NCBI GenBank assembly: GCA_017991635.1
Contig: JAGOQE010000001.1
Location: 550 to 64,549 of the forward strand
Reading direction: 5' to 3'
Source of the DNA: Minisyncoccota bacterium
Lineage (GTDB): Bacteria > Patescibacteriota > Minisyncoccia > Phycocordibacterales > Phycocordibacteraceae
Length of the DNA stretch: 64,000 bases
Shown here: piece by piece, positions 18,813 to 27,571 of the stretch
Numbering within the stretch: position 1 is the stretch's first letter
How the letters are laid out: every line of letters starts with the position of its first letter
Position numbers and translations under genes: made by a program
Notes under the pieces: generated by a model
Seen by the model: only the letters and a program-made list of their open reading frames with translations
The model's database searches: none
Told to the model about the DNA's origin: nothing

Positions 18813-19874
18813 CTACAGATATCGCTCAAACGTCTTTGGGTCGAGCGCGCGTTCGTACGCGTGATCGATAGTAACCTCTCCTTTTCGTACAAGTTCAGCA
18901 AGCGAACGGTCCATATCAATCATGCCATCTTGTGACGATGTTTGAATCACCGTAGTGATTTCATGGGTGCGACCTTCTCGAATAAGGTTTGCCACTGCAC
19001 TATTGTTAATAAGGAGTTCGTACGCAGGAATCTGTCCCCCTGAAACACGAGGCACCAATCGCTGTGAGAAAATACCCGCAAGAGATGACGCCAACTGTAC
19101 ACGCACCTGATCCTGTTGATTTGGTGGGAACATGTCGATAATACGATCGATGGTCTGCGCAGCATTGTTGGTGTGCAGTGTTGAAAGAACCAAGTGTCCA
19201 GTCTCAGCAGCGGTAACGGCTGAGGAAATGGTCTCAAGGTTACGCATCTCACCCACCATGATGACGTTCACGTCTTCACGAAAGGCGGAGTGAAGCGCCA
19301 TGTGAAAGTCTGGAGTATCAATACGCACTTCTCGTTGATGAATTAGAGACTTCTTTGGCTCAAACAAGTACTCAACTGGGTCCTCAATCGTTACGATGTG
19401 TTCAGCACGTGTCTCATTAATACGCTCAATCATCGCGGCGAGTGTTGTTGATTTACCCTGCCCCACAGGACCTACCACGAGGAAGAATCCTTGTGTTCTT
19501 TGGGTAAATACTTCAAGCACTGGTGGCAAGTTAAGTGATGTAAATGTCTGCACCTCGTGTGGGATAAGTCGCATGGCGATAGCCGTTGCACCCTGCACCA
19601 CAAAACCGTTTACACGGAAACGTGCCTTATCAGTGTGCGCGTGCGAAAAGTCTACTGACTGATCCTTCACATACTCCCCCTCACGATGCTTAGGCATCAT
19701 CTCGCGAAGCATGTGTTCAGTGTCTTGTTCTGTGAGAACTGGATGTTGTAGTAGCGGCACGAGTGAACCTGACACTCTAAGAATAGGGTGCGAACCTACG
19801 GAAAGATGGAGGTCAGATGCATTTTCGGCAACAACAGTATCAAGGAGTGGAGAAATTGATAGATTTTGACTCAT
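18813..19874 (-). CDS. pilT: type IV pilus retraction ATPase (PilT family)
   Basis: 353 aa. Walker A GPVGQGKST. Asp box and His box present. The size fits PilT rather than PilB. Confidence 0.85.
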   Translation of the reverse strand: MSQNLSISPLLDTVVAENASDLHLSVGSHPILRVSGSLVPLLQHPVLTEQDTEHMLREMMPKHREGEYVKDQSVDFSHAHTDKARFRVNGFVVQGATAIAMRLIPHEVQTFTSLNLPPVLEVFTQRTQGFFLVVGPVGQGKSTTLAAMIERINETRAEHIVTIEDPVEYLFEPKKSLIHQREVRIDTPDFHMALHSAFREDVNVIMVGEMRNLETISSAVTAAETGHLVLSTLHTNNAAQTIDRIIDMFPPNQQDQVRVQLASSLAGIFSQRLVPRVSGGQIPAYELLINNSAVANLIREGRTHEITTVIQTSSQDGMIDMDRSLAELVRKGEVTIDHAYERALDPKTFERYL

Positions 19875-20254
19875 GCCTGTTTCTCTATGATGGTAATGGT
19901 TTCAGAAAATACTTCTGAAGGAATTGCTGAGGCCTTGATGATGTATCCTGCAGCACCCAACGTTTTTGCTCGTTCAATATCTGACTCTTGGCCTTGATTA
20001 GACAAGATAATAATCTTTGTAGTGGGAACCAGTTTTTCTGAGCGAATCGTTTCGAGCACTTCAAAGCCATCTATTTCAGGCATAACGATATCAAGGAGTA
20101 TGGCATCAGGCGCAGGCTTTGTGCGTAGAGCCTCAAGCACCTCCTTACCACCTGAAAACGCCGTAACCTCATGTCCCTGCGCGCGGAACTTTACCGCATA
20201 CATATCGAGGAGAAATCGGTCATCGTCAACAAGATATATTTTGTACACTGCCAT
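19871..20254 (-). CDS. stand-alone response-regulator receiver (CheY/PilH-like)
   Basis: 127 aa. LVDDD acidic pocket, phospho-acceptor in ILLDIVMPEIDG, and a conserved Lys region. Embedded between pilB and pilT. Confidence 0.75.
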   Translation of the reverse strand: MAVYKIYLVDDDRFLLDMYAVKFRAQGHEVTAFSGGKEVLEALRTKPAPDAILLDIVMPEIDGFEVLETIRSEKLVPTTKIIILSNQGQESDIERAKTLGAAGYIIKASAIPSEVFSETITIIEKQA

Positions 20255-20256
20255 AC

Positions 20257-22023
20257 TTATAGATTAGTTTTCTCAGGCTCTTTTGGCGCTTCTTCTTCTG
20301 TAAGGTCACCACCAAGGGTTTCAACCTCCTCAAAAGGAATCTGTCCATCGAGTGCTTTAATGATAGCATCCTCTCGCATGGTAAACATGCCCTTCGCGCG
20401 AGCTGCCGCAAACACCTTCTCTTCAACCGGTGTCGTGAGCACCACGTGTTCAAGCTCCTTATCCATACGCAAAATCTCAAACACCGCGAGTCGTCCTCTT
20501 GTGCCGTTAGGACAGTCAGGTGTTGATGAGGCGTGATATACCGTATCAAATGAAGGGATACGTGATCGAAACTCAGATGGGACGTCCTCAAATTGCTTGT
20601 TTAGAAGAACGCGAAGACTTTCGGAGACAGGTTCAGGTTTTCCAGCTCCAGGACAAAGCTTTCGTACCAATCGCTGACCAATTGCCGCAATCAAGGTTGG
20701 TGCAATGAGGTACGGGTCCACACCCATATCGACAAGACGCGGAATAACACCCGCCGCTGTGTTGGTGTGAATGGTTGAAAATACCAAGTGACCAGTCAAG
20801 GCAGCCTGAATCGCAAGCTGTGCAGTTTCCTTATCGCGAATCTCTCCCACCATGATAATGTCGGGGTCCTGACGCAAAATAGAACGGAGACCGGAAGCAA
20901 ACGTGTATCCGATTTCAGGAAACACCTGCGACTGCGCGACACCAGGAATCTCGTACTCAACAGGGTCTTCAACAGACACCACGTTTGAAGTTTCCCTATC
21001 AAGCTCCGAAAGCATTGAGAACAATGTAGTGGACTTACCAGAACCAGTTGGTCCAGAAATAAGAACAATACCGTATGGCTGTTTGATAACGTCCCTGACT
21101 GTCGCGAGATCCATTTCAGAGAACCCGACCGTATCAAGCGCAGCAAGTGCCTTTGATCTATCCAAAATACGCATTACTACCTTTTCTCCGTAGTGCGTTG
21201 GGAACGTAGACACACGGAAGTCTATACGCTTACCTTCAACTGTAGCGGAGAAACGTCCGTCTTGAGGTTTGCGCTTTTCATCAAGACGAATTTGAGCCAA
21301 AATTTTAATACGAGCCACTACTGCTTGATGCACCTTTTGCGGAAGTTCAAGAGACGTGTGCAGTTCACCATCCATTCGAAAGCGCACACGTGTCTTCTCA
21401 GGTGTTGGTTCAATGTGAATATCTGATGCCCCTCCCTCTACGGCATAGCGAAGCACGGTGGCAACAATTTTTGTCACTGGAGCATCTGCTCGAATTGTTG
21501 TTGCGCTATCTACCTCAACATCTGCTTTTTCTTCAGTCTCTTTTGCTTCAGTAGCGGCAGTATCGCCAAGTTCCTCAAGCGCCTCGTCAACGACTCCTGC
21601 AATACTTTCATACGTATCAAGAACGCGTTTAAGGTCTGGTTTGCCAATAAGGAATATCTTGTACGGCATTCCCACCCTACCTGAAATAAACTGCAGGGCG
21701 TCTTGTGCCTCAATATTGTCAGGATCAACAATTCCGACCTCAAGTGCGCCTTCCTTTACCGCAAGAGGAACAAAGGAGTAATGCTTTGCAGATTCCTCTG
21801 GAATATATTTCAACACCTCTTTATCAACAGGATCAACGGCTGGAAGGGTGCGGTACGGAATACCGTACTGCTCTGCCAGTGTTTTAATTATCGTTTCATT
21901 AGGAATGCCGATTCTATCAAGTACTGCCTCGAGACTTGCTCCTCGTGCAATTTCTTCCTGTACTGAAGAAACATCTTCCGTTTTGATTACGCCCTTATCT
22001 TTAAGTATGCCAATGACGTCCAT
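20257..22023 (-). CDS. pilB: type IV pilus assembly ATPase (GspE/PilB family)
   Basis: 588 aa. N-terminal GSPII-like domain. Walker A GPTGSGKST. The size fits PilB. Confidence 0.9.
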   Translation of the reverse strand: MDVIGILKDKGVIKTEDVSSVQEEIARGASLEAVLDRIGIPNETIIKTLAEQYGIPYRTLPAVDPVDKEVLKYIPEESAKHYSFVPLAVKEGALEVGIVDPDNIEAQDALQFISGRVGMPYKIFLIGKPDLKRVLDTYESIAGVVDEALEELGDTAATEAKETEEKADVEVDSATTIRADAPVTKIVATVLRYAVEGGASDIHIEPTPEKTRVRFRMDGELHTSLELPQKVHQAVVARIKILAQIRLDEKRKPQDGRFSATVEGKRIDFRVSTFPTHYGEKVVMRILDRSKALAALDTVGFSEMDLATVRDVIKQPYGIVLISGPTGSGKSTTLFSMLSELDRETSNVVSVEDPVEYEIPGVAQSQVFPEIGYTFASGLRSILRQDPDIIMVGEIRDKETAQLAIQAALTGHLVFSTIHTNTAAGVIPRLVDMGVDPYLIAPTLIAAIGQRLVRKLCPGAGKPEPVSESLRVLLNKQFEDVPSEFRSRIPSFDTVYHASSTPDCPNGTRGRLAVFEILRMDKELEHVVLTTPVEEKVFAAARAKGMFTMREDAIIKALDGQIPFEEVETLGGDLTEEEAPKEPEKTNL

Positions 22024-22107
22024 AGGTCTATCAACTTATACAAATGCATCGAAGAGAGGGCCACATACCCTACAGTATCGCATATGAAATTCCGACGAAG
22101 CGCGTAA

Positions 22108-22425
22108 TTAACGTTCTACGGGGAGAAAACCAAGGGGACCAAACGGATCCTTTCGTCCTTCACGTTCAGGAACGACGACGACACTGATATCTACGAGCGC
22201 CATGAAACGTGGGTCATTGAAAAACGCGACATCGAATCCGATTGATTCAATTTGTGAACCGAGATTAATGAAGACAGCTTCTGCGTCTCCGGCAACACCG
22301 TTCTCATTTGTTGCAATGACGACACCATCGTTTGCATCATTTTTAGGCACGAGATAGTAGATAGCAGCCAAGACGACCACTGCACCAAGGATCATGAGGA
22401 GAATGTTTGTGCGTGAGAATTTCAT
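22108..22425 (-). CDS. small membrane-anchored protein (possible PilP-like accessory)
   Basis: 105 aa. N-terminal TM. Position in the pilMNO cluster is the only basis for the role. Confidence 0.35.
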   Translation of the reverse strand: MKFSRTNILLMILGAVVVLAAIYYLVPKNDANDGVVIATNENGVAGDAEAVFINLGSQIESIGFDVAFFNDPRFMALVDISVVVVPEREGRKDPFGPLGFLPVER

Positions 22426-22430
22426 AGTGT

Positions 22431-22994
22431 TTAACGGAGCCAGTAGAGGCGGAACGTTACCTCGTAGGTATATACGCCTGTTTGTGAGTTTCTAATACCG
22501 ATATCAACGACATCAAGAAGACGAAGACTCTTTTCAACAGCGCCAAGGAAGGTTCTAAATGATGTGTATGTTCCTGTTGCCTGGATAGAGATATCCAACG
22601 AATCAACAGGGTCTGTTGATTCAAGAGCAAGAGATGCCTGTGAGTCATTCTGAGGCGAAGAAGAAATAGCGGCGTCCTTCACCACGAAATTGGTAATGGT
22701 GAGCCCTGACTTACTGGCAAGTGTGTTGAGATCAAGAATCAACTGCACATTGTTAACACTGTCAGGTAGAAATGTTTTGAACCGTGCAAGGCTGTCAGGA
22801 GGGATTGCATCACGTTGTCGCACAAGCTCAGCCTCCTTGCTTGCAAATGCCTCTGACGCCAAGAGTGCCTTGTCGTAGCTTGCAACCTTCTCTTGCATTT
22901 CTTTAACAGGGCCATTTATTTCCTTGTTGGTGTAGCCAAAAAAGATACCGACTGCGACGACAATAAGACCGATGGGAAGAAGTTTATCTATCAT
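22431..22994 (-). CDS. PilO-like pilus assembly protein
   Basis: 187 aa. N-terminal TM then coiled-coil. Positional order M-N-O. Weak sequence evidence. Confidence 0.5.
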   Translation of the reverse strand: MIDKLLPIGLIVVAVGIFFGYTNKEINGPVKEMQEKVASYDKALLASEAFASKEAELVRQRDAIPPDSLARFKTFLPDSVNNVQLILDLNTLASKSGLTITNFVVKDAAISSSPQNDSQASLALESTDPVDSLDISIQATGTYTSFRTFLGAVEKSLRLLDVVDIGIRNSQTGVYTYEVTFRLYWLR

Positions 22995-23701
22995 AGTGGT
23001 GGTGAGGTGGTCCCAACTCCAGAAGGTGTGGATGTTCCCACAACCGGAGCAGTTGTTGTTGCTACCGGCTGTGCTACTGACTCAAGAGGCGCTGGCGTAG
23101 GCGCTGGTGCACCACCGAGTGTTGGCGGAGCCATAAGGATTATTTTTGAATCTAAATCAGCTGTGACTGAAAACGATACTGTTCCGTTTTTGTTTGGAAT
23201 GAAGTTTGAAAAAATTGCTCTTCTAATTGCCGCATTGCCTGCAAATACATTAGATTGAGCTGCGAGTGTATTAAAGTTTCTTGCCACACCACTCATTTCA
23301 AGCCTGGCAGACCGGTCGTCTGACACGGTTAGTTTCATTGCGTCAAAGCGCACATTTTCAAGCGTAATCTTTTCAAGCACATCAAAGAACTGTGAGGGTA
23401 CGGTGTGTGAATTCAATATTTGCTTTCCCGAATCAAAGCGACGCTTGAGGCGTGTGAGTTCATTGATTGAATCTTGATCCGTTTTGGCAAGCGCCTGATC
23501 AAGCGTTGTCTTCTTTACCTGCAATGCGCTATCAAGGTATCTGCCGTAACCAAATGCCGCGAGTGCACCCAGGCTTGATATGCCGAGAATCACGATTGCG
23601 ATAATGAGAAGTATGTTACTACCAGGAGAAGGCTTCCTGCGTGTTTCAGGAAGGGGTTGTTTGGGCACAAACGACGTTGGAATAGTTGGAGTTACTGACA
23701 C
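22991..23701 (-). CDS. PilN-like pilus assembly protein with Pro/Thr-rich C-terminal tail
   Basis: 236 aa. Short cytoplasmic N-terminus, one TM, coiled-coil. Immediately downstream of pilM. Confidence 0.5.
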   Translation of the reverse strand: MSVTPTIPTSFVPKQPLPETRRKPSPGSNILLIIAIVILGISSLGALAAFGYGRYLDSALQVKKTTLDQALAKTDQDSINELTRLKRRFDSGKQILNSHTVPSQFFDVLEKITLENVRFDAMKLTVSDDRSARLEMSGVARNFNTLAAQSNVFAGNAAIRRAIFSNFIPNKNGTVSFSVTADLDSKIILMAPPTLGGAPAPTPAPLESVAQPVATTTAPVVGTSTPSGVGTTSPPL

Positions 23702-23753
23702 ACTAGTAGTATACGTGCATGTGTGTGAACTTTCACACGCTTATACACAGGCT

Positions 23754-24839
23754 CTATGACACTTCTTGTAACTTACGCAGTGCAAGCCCCACCGCAACAC
23801 TAAACTCAGGACCAATCTCTTGTAGGACAGGACGCATAAACTCAGGCGCCTGCGCTTTTGCAAACGGGTCGGCCACCTTTACCTCAGCATCAAAGAAGGT
23901 TTTCGCAAATGGGCCGAGACCTTTCGCTACTCCCCCGCCTCCAGTCAAAATAACAGTTTCTATATTCTCCTTAGTTACCTCCTCATACTGTGTCTGTACA
24001 CGCTTTGCCTCTTCAAAAATGCGTGCGTATATAAGTTCAATGGTTTTCTTGTCGTACGCGCCTTTACTGTCCAAGAATCCAAACTCTTTTTTAAGCGCTT
24101 CAGCCTTAGATACTGACATCCCGTGCGCACTTGAAATAGTACGTGTGACATCCTGTCCGCCCTGCGTAATGTTGTGCGAGCGAGCCACCACACCACGAGA
24201 AACTACGTATGTTTTTGTGGCAGACGCTCCAATATCAAGCACCAGGACAGGCTTCACCGGCTCATCAACACAGGCGCGTATCGTGCTAAAGATTTCAATC
24301 TCATAAAACGATGCCGTGAGCCCAGCGCCTCCGATAACTCCCTGCAACAGAGCAAGCTGGTCATTATGCACAGCAACAATCAATGCCTTTATAGTTGTTG
24401 GAGGCTCTGCACCTTCTCTAAGCGGTTCAGGAATAGCAAACCAGTCGAGCTGTACCTCGGATACCGGAACGGGAATATATTTTCTCGCTTCCAATTCAAC
24501 GATAGTTCTCTGCTCATCAGGATTATCTTTTCGAGGAAGTTCAACCAAGGCCAGCAAAGAACGCGAAAATGGTATGGAAACCCCAGTATCAAGCGTTGTT
24601 ACGTTCGCCTCCTTCATAAGGTCGCGAAGTGTCTCGGCAATCTTTTGCGCCCCAAGATTGGTTGCCTGCCCCACCTCAACACCAGCATAGGGTCCAAGGG
24701 CAAGCTCACCATAGGTCTCTAGTACGGCAGTCTCGCCCTGACGACGAAGTTGGACAACCTTAAGTGAAGAAGAACCAATATCAAGGCCCACAACACTCTT
24801 GTTTTTCTTTTTTCCAAAAAGGTCTGACAAGAAACTCAT
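23754..24839 (-). CDS. pilM: type IV pilus assembly protein PilM (actin-like ATPase fold)
   Basis: 361 aa. VVGLDIGSSSLKVVQL phosphate-1 motif of actin/FtsA-like proteins. DIGASATK phosphate-2 motif. Confidence 0.8.
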   Translation of the reverse strand: MSFLSDLFGKKKNKSVVGLDIGSSSLKVVQLRRQGETAVLETYGELALGPYAGVEVGQATNLGAQKIAETLRDLMKEANVTTLDTGVSIPFSRSLLALVELPRKDNPDEQRTIVELEARKYIPVPVSEVQLDWFAIPEPLREGAEPPTTIKALIVAVHNDQLALLQGVIGGAGLTASFYEIEIFSTIRACVDEPVKPVLVLDIGASATKTYVVSRGVVARSHNITQGGQDVTRTISSAHGMSVSKAEALKKEFGFLDSKGAYDKKTIELIYARIFEEAKRVQTQYEEVTKENIETVILTGGGGVAKGLGPFAKTFFDAEVKVADPFAKAQAPEFMRPVLQEIGPEFSVAVGLALRKLQEVS

Positions 24840-24853
24840 AGAGCGATTGTATC

Positions 24854-25492
24854 ATGATAGGCATGTGGGTGATTCAACGTTTACTCGACATACTATTTGA
24901 AACACGAGCAACTGAGACGCTTGTCGCAAAGGCAACCGAGGCGGAGCTGTTTCAACTACTGCAACCTTCCCCACTCTTGAACATACCGGGGACTGCGCTC
25001 CTTTCGTATCGAAAGCCACTGGTGCGCGCACTAATTACTGAAGCAAAATTTCATGAAAACGAAAAAGCTATTTTGCTTCTCAGTCTCGTGCTTGCGTCCT
25101 ATCTAGAAGAAGAGCTTTATGAACACCTGCTCACTCATAAAGAGCCACTCACTATTGTTCCTGTTCCCCTTTCAAAAAGACGCATGAGAGAACGTGGTTA
25201 CAATCAAGTTGAGCGAATTGTCAGAGTCGCCCTCTCTCAAGTAACTGAGCCTCACGCCCGTATTTCCTATCTACTAACTCGCACACGAGACACCAGGCCA
25301 CAAACACAACTGCGCAAGAGTGAACGACTAGAAAATGTGCGAGGCGCATTTACTACCAAGGAATCACTCTACGGAACGTCAGTACTCCTTATTGATGATG
25401 TAACAACTACAGGCGCCACACTTACGGAGGCACGGAAAGCACTCGAAACAGCGGGAGCAACGCAAATACAAGTCCTTTCTCTTGCACATTAG
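24854..25492 (+). CDS. comF: ComF-family phosphoribosyltransferase-domain competence protein
   Basis: 212 aa. C-terminal PRTase signature VLLIDDVTTTGATL. Divergent from pilM. Confidence 0.65.
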   Translation: MIGMWVIQRLLDILFETRATETLVAKATEAELFQLLQPSPLLNIPGTALLSYRKPLVRALITEAKFHENEKAILLLSLVLASYLEEELYEHLLTHKEPLTIVPVPLSKRRMRERGYNQVERIVRVALSQVTEPHARISYLLTRTRDTRPQTQLRKSERLENVRGAFTTKESLYGTSVLLIDDVTTTGATLTEARKALETAGATQIQVLSLAH

Positions 25493-25529
25493 AAAAGACA
25501 CCTTATATATGGTAGTTTAGCTCTTATAC

Positions 25530-25616
25530 GGAGACGTGGCTGAGTGGTCGAAAGTACCTCACTGCTAACGAGGCGAGCCTTAACGGGTTCCGAGGGTTCG
25601 AATCCCTCCGTCTCCG
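25530..25616 (+). tRNA. tRNA-Ser (anticodon GCT), class II with long variable arm
   Basis: Acceptor GGAGACG/CGTCTCC. Anticodon stem CCTCA/CGAGG with loop CUGCUAA. Long variable arm. T-arm GAGGG-TTCGAAT-CCCTC. Discriminator G. Confidence 0.75.
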
Positions 25617-26150
25617 CAGTTTAAAACGCAGTGTAAAACTGCGGAGACGAGTCCTGTTGGGAACAGGACGGGAGGGATTCGAAGATGTTGCGAGCATATT
25701 CTAGGAGCTTGCGAACTATAATATCCGCAACGTGCACGCCGAGACTTTAAAGGAGTAAAGCGACTATTAAAGTCCAAGTGCGGTTCTGAAAGAAGCCGCC
25801 TGATCCTGTATTTCATACATCTACCTCGCTCGGAATTAGTAATTAGAAGACTACTTACTTCTCCTCGCTCGTTGCTGTAAGGATCGAAAAGCGTAATCGC
25901 GGTCCCTCCGTCTCCGCAAAACAATGAGCCGGACACGAATGTGTTCGGCGATTGTGTTTTGCGAGAGAAACGGAGGGATTCGAAGAGACGGAGCGGGCAC
26001 ACAGCCAGCAGGCTGGGTCGCGAGTCGCGGACACGACCAAAACCGAGTGACGACGAGGTTTTGAGTTGCGGAAGAAAAGCGTAATCGCGGTCCCTCCGTC
26101 TCCGCCAATGAAACCGCCGTAAGGCAGTCTTTTCATTGGTGAAAACGGCA
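25595..26150. repeat. array of three tRNA-Ser-3'-end-derived imperfect palindromic repeat units
   Basis: tccctccgtctccgc(a) occurs at 25603-25618 (the tRNA itself), 25903-25918 and 26091-26106. The last two sit inside a shared 33-nt block, gaaaagcgtaatcgcggtccctccgtctccgc. Each copy is followed by an inverted partial copy (gggagggattcgaag at 25670-25684, cggagggattcgaag at 25971-25985), giving long hairpins such as cgtctccgcagttt/aaactgcggagacg. Confidence 0.55.
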
Positions 26151-26155
26151 GTGTT

Positions 26156-26554
26156 TTAGCTGAAGTTAATCAAGAAGCTATACATACCCATACTGCACAT
26201 TCCTTGAAGTGGAGCACCTTGAACTGGCGTGCCTAAGTCAATAACTTCTTCGCCGGTCTGTGGCAGAATTTTTTGATATCCAATTGACCTAATTACCAGA
26301 GACGAGGAGCAGTCATATGTACCATTTGTTTTTACAATTAGTTTTGTCGGAATCCCTGCCTTAGCGGTAGAGACTCTTGGAGCGTAGCCTCCTCTAGCCT
26401 CTATAGTTACGTACTGAATTCCCTCTCTAATTTCCACATTGTGCACTGACTCATCTCCCACTAAACCCAAATCGCCCTTTGTTGTGCCAGACAGCACAAT
26501 TCCCGCAGCCAGGATGAGACTAAGGGTGATGATGCTTAATGCAGTTTTATTCAT
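26156..26554 (-). CDS. secreted small protein with C-terminal Met/Cys-rich motif (possible periplasmic metal-binding protein)
   Basis: Start trimmed to internal MNKTALSIITLSLILAAGIVLSG (signal peptide); the track ORF began inside the upstream gene. C-terminal GMCSMGMY. Copper-cluster context. Confidence 0.4.
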   Translation of the reverse strand: MNKTALSIITLSLILAAGIVLSGTTKGDLGLVGDESVHNVEIREGIQYVTIEARGGYAPRVSTAKAGIPTKLIVKTNGTYDCSSSLVIRSIGYQKILPQTGEEVIDLGTPVQGAPLQGMCSMGMYSFLINFS

Positions 26555-26561
26555 AATGAAA

Positions 26562-27569
26562 TTATATAGTGAATAGTGGATTAATAATTCCAACACTTGC
26601 CATTCCAGCCAAAAGTGCGAAGAGTGCCAGACCAATTACCACAACTCCTGCAGTTTTGAAAAACAGAGGCGCGTGCTTTCCATGAGCAAATGATGCTGAA
26701 CCAAATGAAAGAAAGAGAAGCATCGGCAGTGTGCCAAGGGCAAAAGCAAGCATGATGAGCATTCCCGAAACAAAAGACCCGCTTCCTAACGCTGACACCT
26801 GCATTGACTGCGTAAAACCACACGGCAGGAAAAAGGTAGCGAAACCAAGCGTGAGTGGCGTGAGTGTTTTGTGTTCAATACGTCTAAAGAAGTTGAACAC
26901 ACCTAATGGCAGAGCAATTTTATTCTTTTTAAACACGCCAATTAAATTCAAACCTAACACCAGCATCACGAGAGACGCCACAAGTCCCAAGATTGTGGTG
27001 AAGGTAAAACTAATACCCACAGCACCCCCTACAGCTCCGAGTATGCCTCCCAACACAGCAAAGCTTACAATTCTTCCCGCATGAAAGAGTAGGAACGTTT
27101 TTGTGTCACTTACGTTATCCTGAGATATTTTTGCAGAGAGAGACAAAACGAGCCCTCCCACAATAGCGAGACAGCTCGAAACAGAAGCAATAAGACCTAT
27201 GATAAAACTCGTGGCAGGAGTAATTTGCCCTCCGATTCCAAGGTCAAGAATCCCTGATTTCTGCAACCAGAAGAAAAGCACAAGGATGCCAAGGCCGATT
27301 GGAAGCGCTCTCCACATAACACTATCCTTTTGCGCCTCTTTAACTGTTTTCTCAACGGTAAGCGTGTATCCGTTTGATTTAATTGCATCGGTGAGTGTGC
27401 GCGCTAACTCCAAAGGAGATTGTCTGCTCTCAGTTTCTATTTCTACAGTCTCTTTCTTCAAGTCAACTCGAACGTTATGTATCTGGTCTTGTTCATTCAA
27501 GGTGTCCTCAATCAAGATTTTGCACGAGGCACAGTGTGTTCCTGACACGTGAAAAATATATGTCTTCAT
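26562..27569 (-). CDS. heavy-metal-associated (HMA) domain fused to a polytopic permease-like membrane domain
   Basis: N-terminal MKTYIFHVSGTHCASCKILIE metal-binding CxxC fold motif. A multi-TM domain follows. Immediately downstream of copA. Confidence 0.55.
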   Translation of the reverse strand: MKTYIFHVSGTHCASCKILIEDTLNEQDQIHNVRVDLKKETVEIETESRQSPLELARTLTDAIKSNGYTLTVEKTVKEAQKDSVMWRALPIGLGILVLFFWLQKSGILDLGIGGQITPATSFIIGLIASVSSCLAIVGGLVLSLSAKISQDNVSDTKTFLLFHAGRIVSFAVLGGILGAVGGAVGISFTFTTILGLVASLVMLVLGLNLIGVFKKNKIALPLGVFNFFRRIEHKTLTPLTLGFATFFLPCGFTQSMQVSALGSGSFVSGMLIMLAFALGTLPMLLFLSFGSASFAHGKHAPLFFKTAGVVVIGLALFALLAGMASVGIINPLFTI

Positions 27570-27571
27570 AC

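Noticed and set aside
25580-26136. Track ORFs (140, 85 and 93 aa, minus strand) covering the region downstream of tRNA-Ser
   Set aside because: They run through the tRNA-derived palindromic repeats and partly through the tRNA itself. They have no RBS logic and are best explained as non-coding repeat sequence.
26555-26635. N-terminal 27 codons of the track ORF 26156-26635 overlapping the HMA-permease gene
   Set aside because: They overlap the upstream gene's 3' end. The internal Met begins a clean signal peptide, so the ORF was trimmed.
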